From NCBI RefSeq assembly GCF_006345805.1, contig NC_043003.1, positions 70,308,001-70,372,000 of the forward strand: DNA of 64,000 nucleotides, in the 5' to 3' direction. Of this stretch, positions 52,776 through 64,000 are shown one piece after another; position 1 is the first letter of the stretch; the number at the start of each line of letters is the position of its first letter. The translations under genes and the position numbers were made by a program. The DNA comes from Octopus sinensis. Its lineage: Eukaryota. The notes beneath the pieces were generated by a model that ran no database searches, was not told the DNA's origin, and saw only the letters and a program-made list of their open reading frames with translations.

Positions 52776-53249
52776 ACGCGTGTATGTATGTGTATGTACG
52801 TATTACATATATAATTAGATATACAATAAGCACATAATAATAATAATGTTCGTCCTTCGGTTCGAAGATGACCAATTGACATCATCTGATGGAACTGCCG
52901 CCATGAGACCTGAGGTGGCTGGTGAGGCCAATCCGGGCAAGGAAGCCCCTCCCACAGGTGGGGGCAGAAGTGGGTAGGGGCCGTGCTACTGGTGCAGGCG
53001 GCTCTGGCTTTACGAATAAGCACATACATATAAGTTTATATTCAAGGCACACTCCAGATTTGCGACTTCTTTAGGCGAGACAGTTATAACTTTACTAGAT
53101 TATTGTAATTTTGCAATACCATTACTATACATCTAATAAGCTGACCTGCCAACCTTTGTTATTCCAGATTGAAGAGGACAGCTGTAACAACGTTTTGATA
53201 CACCCTAAGAAACACTGTTTGTCACAGCTGACTAGTTTGCGGAATATAG

Positions 53250-54337
53250 TTGGGACGTGAAGACTATGCAATTAAAATTTTGTGTTGAACTGGGCAAAAA
53301 TGCTCCAAACGGCTTATGAATTAACTCGTATGAGCTGAGCATCTGATTTTCGCCGGTACAAGAGTTTCGAAGATGGTAGAGAGGAAGTGAGAAACCATGA
53401 GAGAGGTGTGTGAGCGAGAGAGAGAAAGGGGGGGAAATCTGAGAAAATTCGCAATTTCCTGGGAGAAGACCATCGTGTGTTTAGAAAGGCCAGAAGAATA
53501 TAGTTTAAAGTTGCTGTGGTAACTGTACACAGAATTATTCATGAGCATCTGAACATGCACAAAATTTAAGCAAAGTTTGTTCTCAAGGCGACTCAGAGAC
53601 GGACGAAAAGAGAGATTCGTTGGCGACAGCAGAGAGGTGGTTGAGCTCATTACTTCCAATCCTCGAGTACTTGAGTCGCAGGTAACTTGTGGCGAAAGCT
53701 GGGTATATTGTTATGATACAAAAACCAAGAGACACAATGTCCAATGGAAGCATTTTGGCTCCCACAGACCCAAGAAAGTCAGGCAAACCAAATCCACCAA
53801 AAAGCTCGTGGTGACCCCCTATTTCGGCTGCAAGGGGATCCTCTACATCCGCTGGGTTACCGTTGGCCACGCGCTTAACAAAGAGAACTTTGCGGGGTTT
53901 TGTGGGATTTCGGGTAGAGACTTCGTCACAAAAGGCCAGAGCCTTTCTGATCGAGTCGGTGGAACCTACACTAGGACAATGTAGCCACCAACAATTCCAT
54001 CCTGGTAACCCACGACTTGTCAGAGATGGGCATCAAAACTATTCCTCACCCCTCACCTCACAATACAGGCCTTTCTCCCTGTCACTTTTTGCTATTCCTC
54101 AATACGAAGGAGAACCTCATGGGCGATAGTTTTAAAGATTAAGTGGGCTACGACAAGGGTTCCGGGTACTTCCATTTTGGAGGACTTCCGTGGAGACTTC
54201 ACAAGGTACTTGCAACGTTAAATCAGGTGAATTGGAGGCAGATGATCGTATATTCAAGAACAGAGTTTTGTATTCCATTGAAATTAATAAATGTTTCACC
54301 TGAGCAAGTCTCAAAACTTATGGAATTCACCTTGTAT
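53250..54337 (+). mobile_element. Degenerate mariner
   Basis: VTCGESWVYCYDTKTKRHNVQWKH..S.RPKK; right-end TIR-like TTATGGAATTCACCTTGTA; left boundary uncertain. Confidence 0.75.
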
Positions 54338-54377
54338 GTACCTTTTTATGGACATATAAGTGTGTGTATATACAACA

Positions 54378-54410
<33 letters not shown>

Positions 54411-54546
54411 TATATATATATACAGAGGTCAGCATTATAAGAATAAATTTATGAACTAATTTATGAATATATAAAATTGTGAATATATATGCGTATCTGT
54501 GTATCACATACACACACACATACGCGCACACACATACATACATACG

Positions 54547-54627
<81 letters not shown>

Positions 54628-54841
54628 GCGTACACGAACATAATTAAAGACTGGCTTACAGATATATAAATTCCGTTTCAGTGCTCATCGTTTTTCCAAG
54701 CCAATAAGTACATCGGCTTGGAGGTTAAATATATAATTTATATAGTTTATATAAAGAAGAAAGACAGAAGGGAAAAGTACAAGAGAAGGAACTGATTATA
54801 CGAAGAGATTCCTTAACGAAAGGGAGAGGGGAGAAAGAAAA

Positions 54842-54876
<35 letters not shown>

Positions 54877-55029
54877 AGAAGAAGAAGAGGAGGAGGAGGA
54901 GGAGGGGGTGAAAAAGAGGAGGGGCAAAAACAACAACAATAGCAAGAAATTATAGTAGTCAATTAAACCTTCTTTATCAGCTACAGTATGACTTGTGTTT
55001 GTGGAATTTAGAGTGTGAAAGATATGTGC

Positions 55030-55077
<48 letters not shown>

Positions 55078-55271
55078 TCACATGGTTATATGTATACATA
55101 TGTATATATATACCAATTAAGGACTGAACACGAAAAAGTGGGCAGTCAACATGCTAGATATAGACGTCAAATCGCCATTCTCCACAAAGATTATGTTCTC
55201 AAATAAAATAAAATTCAGCACGACTCAAAGCAATAGATAAGACAAAAGAAATAACGAAATGGAATAATCAC

Positions 55272-55333
55272 CTGTGTACCGAACGGTTTCAGTTATTAAT
55301 ATCACAAGGATATCTGTAACTTCGTCAGCACAG
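55272..55333 (-). ncRNA. Type I hammerhead ribozyme in 490-bp monomer unit
   Basis: Reverse complement of 55718-55779. Confidence 0.8.
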
Positions 55334-55717
55334 TTTGTTATGAAAATAATTTGCTGTACTAGATGAAAAAACGATACCGGAGTCTCGTATGCAAAAAGTA
55401 CAACCGATTAAGTTCGAATGTATCTTTCAAATGCCTTTACTTTTGGCGCGCTAAGACTCGAAAAACCAGCCTGCAGTCAATTTATCGGTTTAAGAACATA
55501 TATTTCATATTTAAAAATTAAGGGTAAAAATTGATATTAGTCAATTAAAACCAGTGGTCTAGCATATTAAAAAGAATCCGAAGATTAAAATATTTATATA
55601 TACCAATTAAGGACTGAACACGAAAAAGTGGACAGTCAACATGCTAGATATAGACGTCAAATCGCCATTCTCCACAAAGATTATGTTCTCAGATAAAATA
55701 AAATTCAGCACAACAAA

Positions 55718-55779
55718 CTGTGCTGACGAAGTTACAGATATCCTTGTGATATTAATAACTGAAACCGTTCGGTACACAG
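55718..55779 (+). ncRNA. Type I hammerhead ribozyme
   Basis: CTGTG-CTGACGA-AGTTA..ATATC/GATAT..TAACT-GAAA-CCG(TT)CG-GTA-CACAG; all three stems pair; predicted cleavage after 55774. Confidence 0.83.
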
Positions 55780-56078
55780 GTGATTATTCCATTTCGTATA
55801 TTTCTTTTGTCTTATCTATTGCTTTGGGTCGTGCTGAATTTTATTTTATTTGAGAACATAATCTTTGTGGAGAATGGCGATTTGACGTCTATATCTAGCA
55901 TGTTGACTGTTCACTTTTTCGTGTTCAGTCCTTAATTGGTATATATAAATATTTTAATCTTCGGATTCTTTTTAATATGCTAGACCACTGGTTTTAATTG
56001 ACTAATATCAATTTTTAACCTTAATTTTTAAATATGTATATATATATATATACATATGTATACATATATATACATATG

Positions 56079-56153
<75 letters not shown>

Positions 56154-56190
56154 TATATATACGAGAAAGAAGCAACAAGAATGGATTGGC

Positions 56191-56281
56191 TTTTAGTACA
56201 ATTGTTTCATACAAAGACAGGCTTTATTACAAGTTGAAAAAATTGCAGCAGATAAAAGTGTCCCGTACTCATCAGCTAAAA
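56191..56281 (-). ncRNA. Type I hammerhead ribozyme (left arm of palindrome)
   Basis: Reverse complement of 56750-56840, with one change in the stem II apical hairpin. Confidence 0.75.
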
Positions 56282-56749
56282 TACATTTGAGTTCTCTAGA
56301 CATCTTAGTGGGTGAGGTTATACTCATGAGATATTGGAGATAGTTCCATTAGAGGCAGATATAGGTTGTAAACAGTTTTCCAAAGTTTCTTAATGATGAT
56401 GCACAGTCTTATCACAGATTTTTTAAAAACATATTAGTTTCGAAGAGAAGATGAACCAATCACTATGGATTAATTCACCTTTTCTGTGAAGCTAATAAGT
56501 CTTTAAAAACCTGTGATAAGTCTGTGCGTCATCCTCTTCATATCTCTGGAAATTTAAATCTACACTATGGATTGATTCATCTTCTCTTCGAAACTAATAA
56601 GTTTTTTAAAAATCTGTGATAAGACTGTGCATCATCATTAAGGGACTTTGGAAAACTGTTTACAACCTATATCTGCCTCTAATGGAACTATCTCCAATAT
56701 CTCATGAGTATAACCTCACCCACTAAGATGTCTAGAGAACTCAAATGTA

Positions 56750-56840
56750 TTTTAGCTGATGAGTACGGGACACTTTTATCTGCTGCAATTTTTGCAACTT
56801 GTAATAAAGCCTGTCTTTGTATGAAACAATTGTACTAAAA
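56750..56840 (+). ncRNA. Type I hammerhead ribozyme (right arm of palindrome)
   Basis: TTTTAG-CTGATGA-GTAC-GGGACA..TGTCTT-T-GTAT-GAAAC-AATT-GTA-CTAAAA; predicted cleavage after 56834. Confidence 0.78.
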
Positions 56841-56988
56841 ACCAATCCATTCTTGTTGCTTCTTTCTCGTTTATAATCACCCCACATTACTGTATGGATA
56901 ACACCATATAGTTTTTCTGGTGCATCTAAGTTAAGTACCACATTCAAGTAAATTCATTGGAAGTTACTTGAATCTTAATTGCTTTGAT

Positions 56989-57035
<47 letters not shown>

Positions 57036-57123
57036 ATTCACACAAATAAACAAAAGACAGGTGGTGTAGACAACAAAGAGATGTATTAGTTTAACGCTCG
57101 GGAAGGGAAAAAGGGGGAAAAGT

Positions 57124-57158
57124 ATTTAACGTTTCGAGCCTACGATCTTCCACAGAAA
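57124..57158 (-). ncRNA. Degenerate copy of the 37395-type minimal HHR
   Basis: Minus strand TTT-CTGTGGA-AGATCGTAGGCTC-GAAACGTT-AAA; flanking sequence resembles 37320-37430. Confidence 0.35.
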
Positions 57159-57239
57159 GGAACACAGAAAGAAACAGAGAGAGAAAATAAAGAATGTGTA
57201 GTGGCTATGTATATATATATGTGTGTGTGTGTATGCTCT

Positions 57240-58229
57240 ATCTAATATACTCCAAGGATTTTCAGTTGGGTTCATGTCATGCCAAGGAAGCTTTTTGATC
57301 CCATTTTCAGTCAACCATTGTTGATTCCTTTTCGTTGTGTGGCAATGAGCCCTATCTTCCATGGATAAAAACTCATTTTTCATTATGTTATCGTGTGAAT
57401 ACATCGGAAGTGGCCTTTGCTTAAGTATTTCGGTGTATTTTTCAGAGTTTATAGTTCCAACACATTCGATCAGCTCAGAACGACCATTGCTGGCGACATC
57501 TCCCCATACCATTACAGAGATACCGCCATGTTTCACAATTGGCTGTAGTCGTTTCAAATCAAATTCTTGATTGGGAAGCCTCCAGACCCATATACATCCA
57601 CTGTCTGAAAATAATGCAAATCTGGAGTCATCTGAGAAAATCACTCTATCCCAAAATGAACTGGATTTTTCTGACATCTCCTTAGCCTATTTCTTTCTTT
57701 ACATGATATTAATTGGTTGAAGGAGAGGTTTTCTTCTAGTTGCTCGTCCATAATACCCAAGCTTATGCAGATATGGAACACACGTTTTTGAACTAACTGC
57801 TAGATGTTTTGCAGTGTCAGAAGCCTTCAAACGAGGTTCGTTTTCCACAATTCTCTTCAAACAGCGAAGCTTCCTTTCCGAGGGCCCTGGTCGGCCAGGA
57901 CGAGAATCTGTTGATTCTTTTCCTTGGTTTTTGAATTGCACTATAATTCCATTAACAGTTAGCAAGATAAATTTGAAGATTTTTGGCAATTTTTCGCTGG
58001 CCAAGACCAGCCTCAGATTGCCCAACAATACGACCTCTTTGAAAATCTGACAGTTCTGCTTAATTTTTTATGCGTGGCATGGTTACTCTTCGCAATTGTT
58101 TAATATAATGGCACCTGGAATGAAAAAGGATAATTACATTGTAAATTCTACAACGCTGAAAACATATTAAAACGCTTAGATCAGAAATTTGAAAATTAAA
58201 GGGATCTATTTACTTCTTGCATATTTGTG
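57240..58229 (-). mobile_element. Degenerate Tc1-like element
   Basis: LHKLGYYGRATRRKPLL; WDRVIFSDDSRF, VKHGGISVMVWG, EDRAHCH, DMNPTENPW (decayed DD34E-type). Confidence 0.85.
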
Positions 58230-58279
58230 TATATATCGATGTATGCATGTATGTATATATTAAGTATACATGTATATAT

Positions 58280-58520
58280 TAACGTATGTATGTATGTATG
58301 TATGTATGTATGTATGTATGTATGTATGTATGTATGTATGTATGTATGTATTGGATAAATCTATATACGTTTATGGATGGATGGATGGATGGATGGATGG
58401 ATGGATAGATGGATGGATGGATGGATGGATGGATGGTTGGATGGATGGACGGATGGATGAACGGACGGACGGATGGATGGATGGATGGATGGACGGATGG
58501 ATGGATCGATGGATGGATCG
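58280..58520. repeat. Compound (TATG)n / (GGAT)n microsatellite
   Basis: Direct reading; one of dozens of (TA)n, (TG)n, (AAT)n, (CATA)n, (GATA)n and (GAA)n tracts in the window. Confidence 0.95.
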
Positions 58521-59034
58521 ATCTATCATGTATGTTCGTGCTTTGTTTGATTAGTACCTTTGTTCGATTAGAAAAGGTTATGTTTGTATGCATCATCTCA
58601 TATGTAGCTGTACTATGTCGAAAAGATATATAATGTCATGATAACTTCCTATATCTATAATAATTTACTATATTTCTGTGGGGTTTTTTTCATTTCTTTC
58701 TGTGTTTCTATTGTCTTATTTATATCTCTTACAAATATAAACAACCTTTTTTGCCCACATTCCAGAAGAATTATTCCCGTTACAATATCTGTGAACTCGT
58801 ATGAACTCGTTTCTATTAGATTATTTAAGAAATTATGATAAATTTTCACCAAAATTTCGACATAAATATTGATCGACGTATACAGTTATTAACATGCCCC
58901 TAAGCGTGTAGTGCAATGTATATTTGTAGATACAACTTTGTGAAACAGAAACGCTATGTAAATGCGTTTGCTTAAAGATATGTTTTTATTTATAAATGAG
59001 GTTATCGAAGTGTAGGCTTATATATATGTAAGTA

Positions 59035-59849
59035 CGAGGTGGTATCAAAGGGTTTCTGGAAAAGTTATGTTTAATAAAAATTAACTTATTTACCTAAATT
59101 TTAACATCATCTTCTTCGCAATACCTTGCGCAGCAATACACCGGACCCGGCGTTCCTGCCGCTCTTGACATTCGGCCTGGAATTCGTTTTCCGCAAGCTC
59201 GGAATTTCAACAACGGAGTTAAAACGGTGACCTTTGGTCTTCGCATTTTCCCCTTGGGGAAGAAATGGAACAGCTTAATCTGGCGAATAGGGCAGCTACA
59301 GAAGCGATACCATGTTGCTGTTGGTGAGAAACTCCCAAGAGAGGAGATTTCGATGAAGAATCTAATTCTTCACGCTCCACAGATCCGGTCACTTTCACCG
59401 AATGTCTTCCTTCAAACGATTCAAGACGTCACAGTATAACTCTCGATTGACAGTCTGGCCCTGGAGGAAAAATTCTCGATGCAAAATATCACATTTCCGA
59501 GGGTGACCCTCGTTTCAGGTCTTCTAGATTGCTCACGCTCTTCTACTTTTGAAGAGTCCGACCTATTTCCTTGTCGCCATAATATGCTCAATGTCTCCGT
59601 AGCAGACTTCCCAAGTTTAACGCAAAATTTTACCTTGGCTCTTTATTCCTGTCCATGACAAAATCGCAGACTACAACAAACACGTGTTCACAAAAACACA
59701 ATTTCACAACTTTCGAAGTAGACACAGCGATATCACTCGGTACACTGCCTCATGAAGGTCATTACTAGCTCATACTGCACACGCAACCATCTGCTGCCAT
59801 CTGTTGGTGCGCTATAGAACTAGTCCCCGAACATTTTGATACCACCTCG
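59035..59849 (-). mobile_element. Internally deleted mariner with both TIRs
   Basis: CGAGGTGGTATCAAA... at both ends, flanked by TA; a similar solo end lies at about 63218. Confidence 0.75.
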
Positions 59850-59874
59850 TATACAAGTATTTGTATGTATTATA

Positions 59875-59920
<46 letters not shown>

Positions 59921-60074
59921 CAGGGTGCGATGGGTACCCATAAGAAGGTAACAACGTTTATTTTACTGAGTATTGATAAATAAACATCAAAGCAATGTCA
60001 AACGTGCGATAGGATTTTCTTTCTAATGTAACACACACGCACACACAACATTTATATATATATGTATGTATATA

Positions 60075-60515
60075 CAGGCTGCGATGGGTACATTGTCGCC
60101 ATTTTGTATTTTTAATTTCGCGCATGCGCATTATTTGTTTTTTGATTTTGTCGGCTACACAATACAGTAGGGTCAGCTGGGCACCATCTGTCAGAAAAAC
60201 AGTCCAATGATGCAATTCACTCTGCCAGAAATTTGAAAACGACGTGCTGTACGGCTTAGGATTCGTGCTGGAAGCTCCAATACGACCAGATTATAAACAC
60301 GCTGAACAACCGTTGGCTTTCCGTGTCCCCAAAACATGTACCGAGAGTGATAAAAATCAAACATACAGTCAATATCATGGCGTTTGAACTGATTACTAGA
60401 GACGGCGACGTCGTGTCACCATTCATTTTCACACACGATCCAACTCAACACGAAGGCCTACATCAAGTGCCTGAAGGAGATAGTGCTACTCTGGGTCAAG
60501 AGGGTGGCTGCTGAA
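60075..60515 (+). mobile_element. maT/Bmmar1-like (DD37D) Tc1/mariner fragment
   Basis: KHTVNIMAFELITRDGDVVSPFIF / NTKAYIKCLKEIVLLWVKRVAA; TIR-like CAGG(C/G)TGCGATGGGTA at 60075 and 59921. Confidence 0.65.
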
Positions 60516-60657
60516 AATAACACTGACGTCTCATTTTAACAGATATATTTACCAAAATTGCATTAAAATATCTTGAAATACTAGAGTAAATTTATTCAAT
60601 AAAATCGCCATTACCATATAATACAAATCTGTAGTTTTTTCATTCTATTTTGTTATA

Positions 60658-61938
60658 CGAGGGGCGTTCAATAAGTAATGCCTCTGACCCACTTGCAGCT
60701 GTTTGATCTAGCTGAAATTTTACATGTGCAATTATTTATATCTCTATAGAGTAAGTGGCAAATTATAGCTCTGAACTAATTGTGGTTTCTGATTTACAGG
60801 TGTTTGAACTGAGTCAAGTTTGAAACGGAACCTGTTGAGTGTCGAGCAGTGATCCGGTTTTTTTATTTGAAAGGACGCACACCACGGGAGACTTTTGATG
60901 AAATAAAAGTAACTTATGGTGATGATGCCCCATCATATGACCTTGTAAAACGCTGGCATCGTGAATTCAAACATGGTCGGAACTTTGTGGAAACAGCTCC
61001 CAGATCTGGTCGCCCCCTTCTGCCATTGATGAGGCATCTGTCCGTCAAGTTGAGGCTGCCATTTTGGAAGATCGACGCATAACTATTCGCCAAATAGCCC
61101 ATGAGGTCAAGATTAGTACCGGGTCTGTGGAAAATATCATTCATGACCATTTGCATATGCAAAAGGTGTCTGCCAGATGGATTCCCAGGTTTCTCACGCC
61201 TTTCCAGAAGCAAGAACGCGTCGATTGCGCGTGGATGAATTTGAAGATGTGCCAAGAAGATGAGTCAAAATTTTTCAAAAGACTGATTACACAGGATGAA
61301 ACCTGGGTCCATCACTATGATCCAGAGACCAAAGCCCAGTCAATGCAGTGGAAGCACCGTGACTTACCTCCTCCAAAGAAGGCAAAGGTGCAGCCCTCCG
61401 CTGGCAAGGTCATGCTCACAGTCTTCTGGGACCAGGACGGAGTGGTGATGACAGATTTCCTGGCAAGGGGTGCCACAATTACAGGAGTCTATTATGCTTC
61501 ACTTTTGAGGAAATTAAGAGAAGCTATCAAAATCAAGAGGCGGGGCAAGATCAGCAAAGGCATCTTCCTCCTGCAGGACAACGCTCCGATCCACAACTCG
61601 CGTGTCGCCAGATCAGAAGCACAGGCGTGCGGTTATGAACTCATCCCCAACTCCTGACCTGCACCCTCTGATTTTCACCTCTTCCCAGCCATGAAGTTGT
61701 TTTTGAAAGGAAAGCGTTTCCCAGATGATGCAGCCTTGATTTCTGAAGTCACGTCGTGGTTGGAGGACCAAGCTGGGGTCTTCTACAAAAACGGTCTTCA
61801 GAGCTGCATCAAACGATGGGAGAAATGCGTAACTCTGGGTGGTTCCTATGTAGAAAAAAAACTAATAACTGTGCGAAGTTTCGTTGCTCTACTGCTATGG
61901 GAAGTGGGTCAGGGGCATTACTTATTGAACGCTCCTCG
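60658..61938 (+). mobile_element. Full-length mariner (1281 bp), transposase inactivated
   Basis: TIRs CGAGG(G/A)GCGTTCAATAAGTAATGCC; TA TSD; DD34D-type motifs ITQDETWVHHYDPE, LQDNAPIH, APSDFHLFP; ORF split into pieces at 60849, 61064 and 61691. Confidence 0.95.
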
Positions 61939-62275
61939 TATATATATACATATTAAGGCACTGAATCGGTTACGACGACGTGGGTTCCAGATGATTCGAT
62001 CGACGGAGCAGCTTGCTCACGAAATCAACGTGCAAGTGCCTGAGCACTCCTCCACATACATGCGTACCCTTAATGTATCTCTCAGGGAGATTCAGCGTGA
62101 CACAGGATGTGACTAGGCCGGCCCTTTGAAATACAGGTACTACTCATTTCATGCCATCTGAGTGAAATAAAGTGATTTGCTCAAGGACACAGCGTGTCGC
62201 TGGGAATTGAACTCAGGACCTCATGATCGTGAGCCGAATACCCTCAGCACTAAGCCACGTGCTTTCACATACATA

Positions 62276-62313
<38 letters not shown>

Positions 62314-62614
62314 GCATATGTATGTATAAACACACACACACGCACACACACACACACGCACACACACACACACCCATATATATATATATAAGCGCAGGAG
62401 TGGCTGTGTGGTAAGTGATTTGCTTACCAACCACATGGTTACGGGTTCAGTCCCACTGCGTGGCAACTTGGGCAAGTGTCTTCTACTATAGCCTCGGGTC
62501 GACCAAAGCCTTGTGAGTGGATTTGGTAGACGGAAACTGAAAGAAACCTCTCTTGCATATATATATGTGTATGTGTGTGTGCGTGTGAATGTGTGTGTAT
62601 ACATACATACATAT

Positions 62615-62699
<85 letters not shown>

Positions 62700-63180
62700 G
62701 TGTACATTTAAACACATAAAAGGTATCCGTCATAGGATTCTGGTACGCTAGAAGGAATAACCAAAATCCAATCCACCATTAGGGATAAACTTCTAAAATT
62801 TTTTATTACCCTGATATTATTAGTTATTGATAATTGTTTCTGGAAAATTTTCGAAGTAACGCCATCATTATTTCATATGCTGCCAACAAAAAACTGCGCT
62901 TGCGCAGTGGATTTGATAAATTATAATGTATAAGCACAAGGCACATGCTGGATTGCCTCGTACTTATATATTTAATCTAGGCGTTCCTGGTGATAAAGAC
63001 TTCGCCTAGTAAATTATTTTATTTGCTAAAAAAATCAGAAACCATGTCCAGGAGATAGATGGTAATTGTTTTTATTTTTCATTCCTTCGAAGTTTTTCCA
63101 TAATAGTACTTTGGATCTTGGCTATTCCTTCTAGCGTTCCAGGAGTTCTATGACGGATAATTCTTATGTGTTTAAAAGTA
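62700..63180. mobile_element. MITE with ~70-bp imperfect TIRs (GTGTACATTTAAAC family)
   Basis: Left and right ends are reverse-complementary; interior is homologous to 47425-47722. Confidence 0.7.
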
Positions 63181-63796
63181 TATGTGTGTGTGTGTGTATT
63201 ATATATATACATATATACGAGGCGGTATCAAAAAGTTCTTGGACTAGTTCTGTGTATACTTATATATACACGTATGTATATAAATATGTATATGTGTATG
63301 TGTGTGTCTTTCCCTTTACATGTGAATGCTAACGTATATATTGATCTGTGTAAATATGTTCGAGTGTAGAAACATGTAGCTTGTATCAGTTCATTTGGAT
63401 ATCTGTTGGTCTATACATATCTGCTTGCCAATTTCTTTTTTTTTTTTATAGAACGAATACTCCTCCTTCTTAATAAGGATGCTAATTAACCTCTCGCTGC
63501 AGATATTTTCGACCGCCTTACCATTGAAATTAACCAGCATGTGATGACATCTGTGTGCGAATCACATGCTCATAATGAATTTGCACGCAAATTAGATCTG
63601 AGAGATATTTTTTTTCTTTTTGTTGTCTATCAATGTTTTGTTATTTTCGCTTTAATTCTTCACTTTGGATTTGAATGTAGTAATTTCTGACTTTTTGAAA
63701 TTTTTCATTGTGTAATTTCAATGAATAATACCTCGTTTGGACGACATATCATGATGATTTTCTATGAGTCTTGATGCCATATATGCATTTATATAT

Positions 63797-63989
63797 AAAA
63801 TTAGTGTACATTTAAACACAAAAAGAGGTGAGCCTTAACAGATCGCCTTACATGCTAGAAGGAACAGCCAAAACTCAAAACCACAGTTAAGAGCAATTTC
63901 TGTGGTTTGGACTTTTGACTGGTCCTTCTAGCATGTAAGGTGACCTGTTAAGGCTCACCTCTTTTTGCGTTTAAATGTACACTAATTTT
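63797..63989. mobile_element. ~190-bp hairpin MITE, same terminal family
   Basis: AAAATTAGTGTACATTTAAAC...GTTTAAATGTACACTAATTTT; arms pair over most of their length. Confidence 0.75.
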
Positions 63990-64000
63990 ATCTGAAAAAT

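Larger units (their letters stand above)
55111..56036. mobile_element. Non-coding HHR-bearing element: 490-bp partial tandem plus inverted copy
   Basis: Direct repeat offset of 490 bp (55111/55601); 55712-56036 is an inverted copy; two HHRs; TA-rich microsatellites on both sides. Confidence 0.7.
56161..56870. mobile_element. Palindromic HHR-bearing element (arms about 56161-56457 and 56575-56870)
   Basis: About 295-bp near-perfect inverted arms, one HHR each; spacer holds a diverged ~102-bp subrepeat; begins at a (TA)n tract. Confidence 0.75.

Overview
Animal genomic DNA, AT-rich and dense in microsatellites. The tRNA-derived SINE families look like octopus/cephalopod SINEs (recalled from memory, not database-checked). 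No host gene exon can be supported; the window is almost all transposon-derived and simple-repeat DNA. The only long intact ORF (48724-51432, 902 aa) belongs to a structurally complete Penelope-like retroelement (PLE): YRDD reverse transcriptase plus C-terminal GIY-YIG endonuclease, two ~435-bp pseudo-LTRs and an inverted 5' copy, inserted in a (TA)n tract. Folding by eye gives 10 well-formed type I hammerhead ribozyme (HHR) motifs and about 3 degenerate ones, in at least six unrelated sequence contexts. Three are in the PLE pLTR copies. Most of the rest lie in short non-coding, (TA)n-anchored palindromic or partial-tandem elements, including two diverged ~490-bp monomer units with the same layout, which suggests non-autonomous retrozyme-like passengers of PLE machinery. 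Also present: a fragment of a second diverged PLE, R4/Dong-like RLE LINE fragments in (TAA)n, another RLE family in (CATA)n, many Tc1/mariner relics (one full-length 1281-bp mariner with broken ORF), a hAT relic, a non-autonomous Helitron, MITE/foldback elements, a ~530-bp triplication and a ~620-bp inverted duplication. Coordinates were counted by hand and may be off by a few bases; SINE and relic boundaries are approximate.
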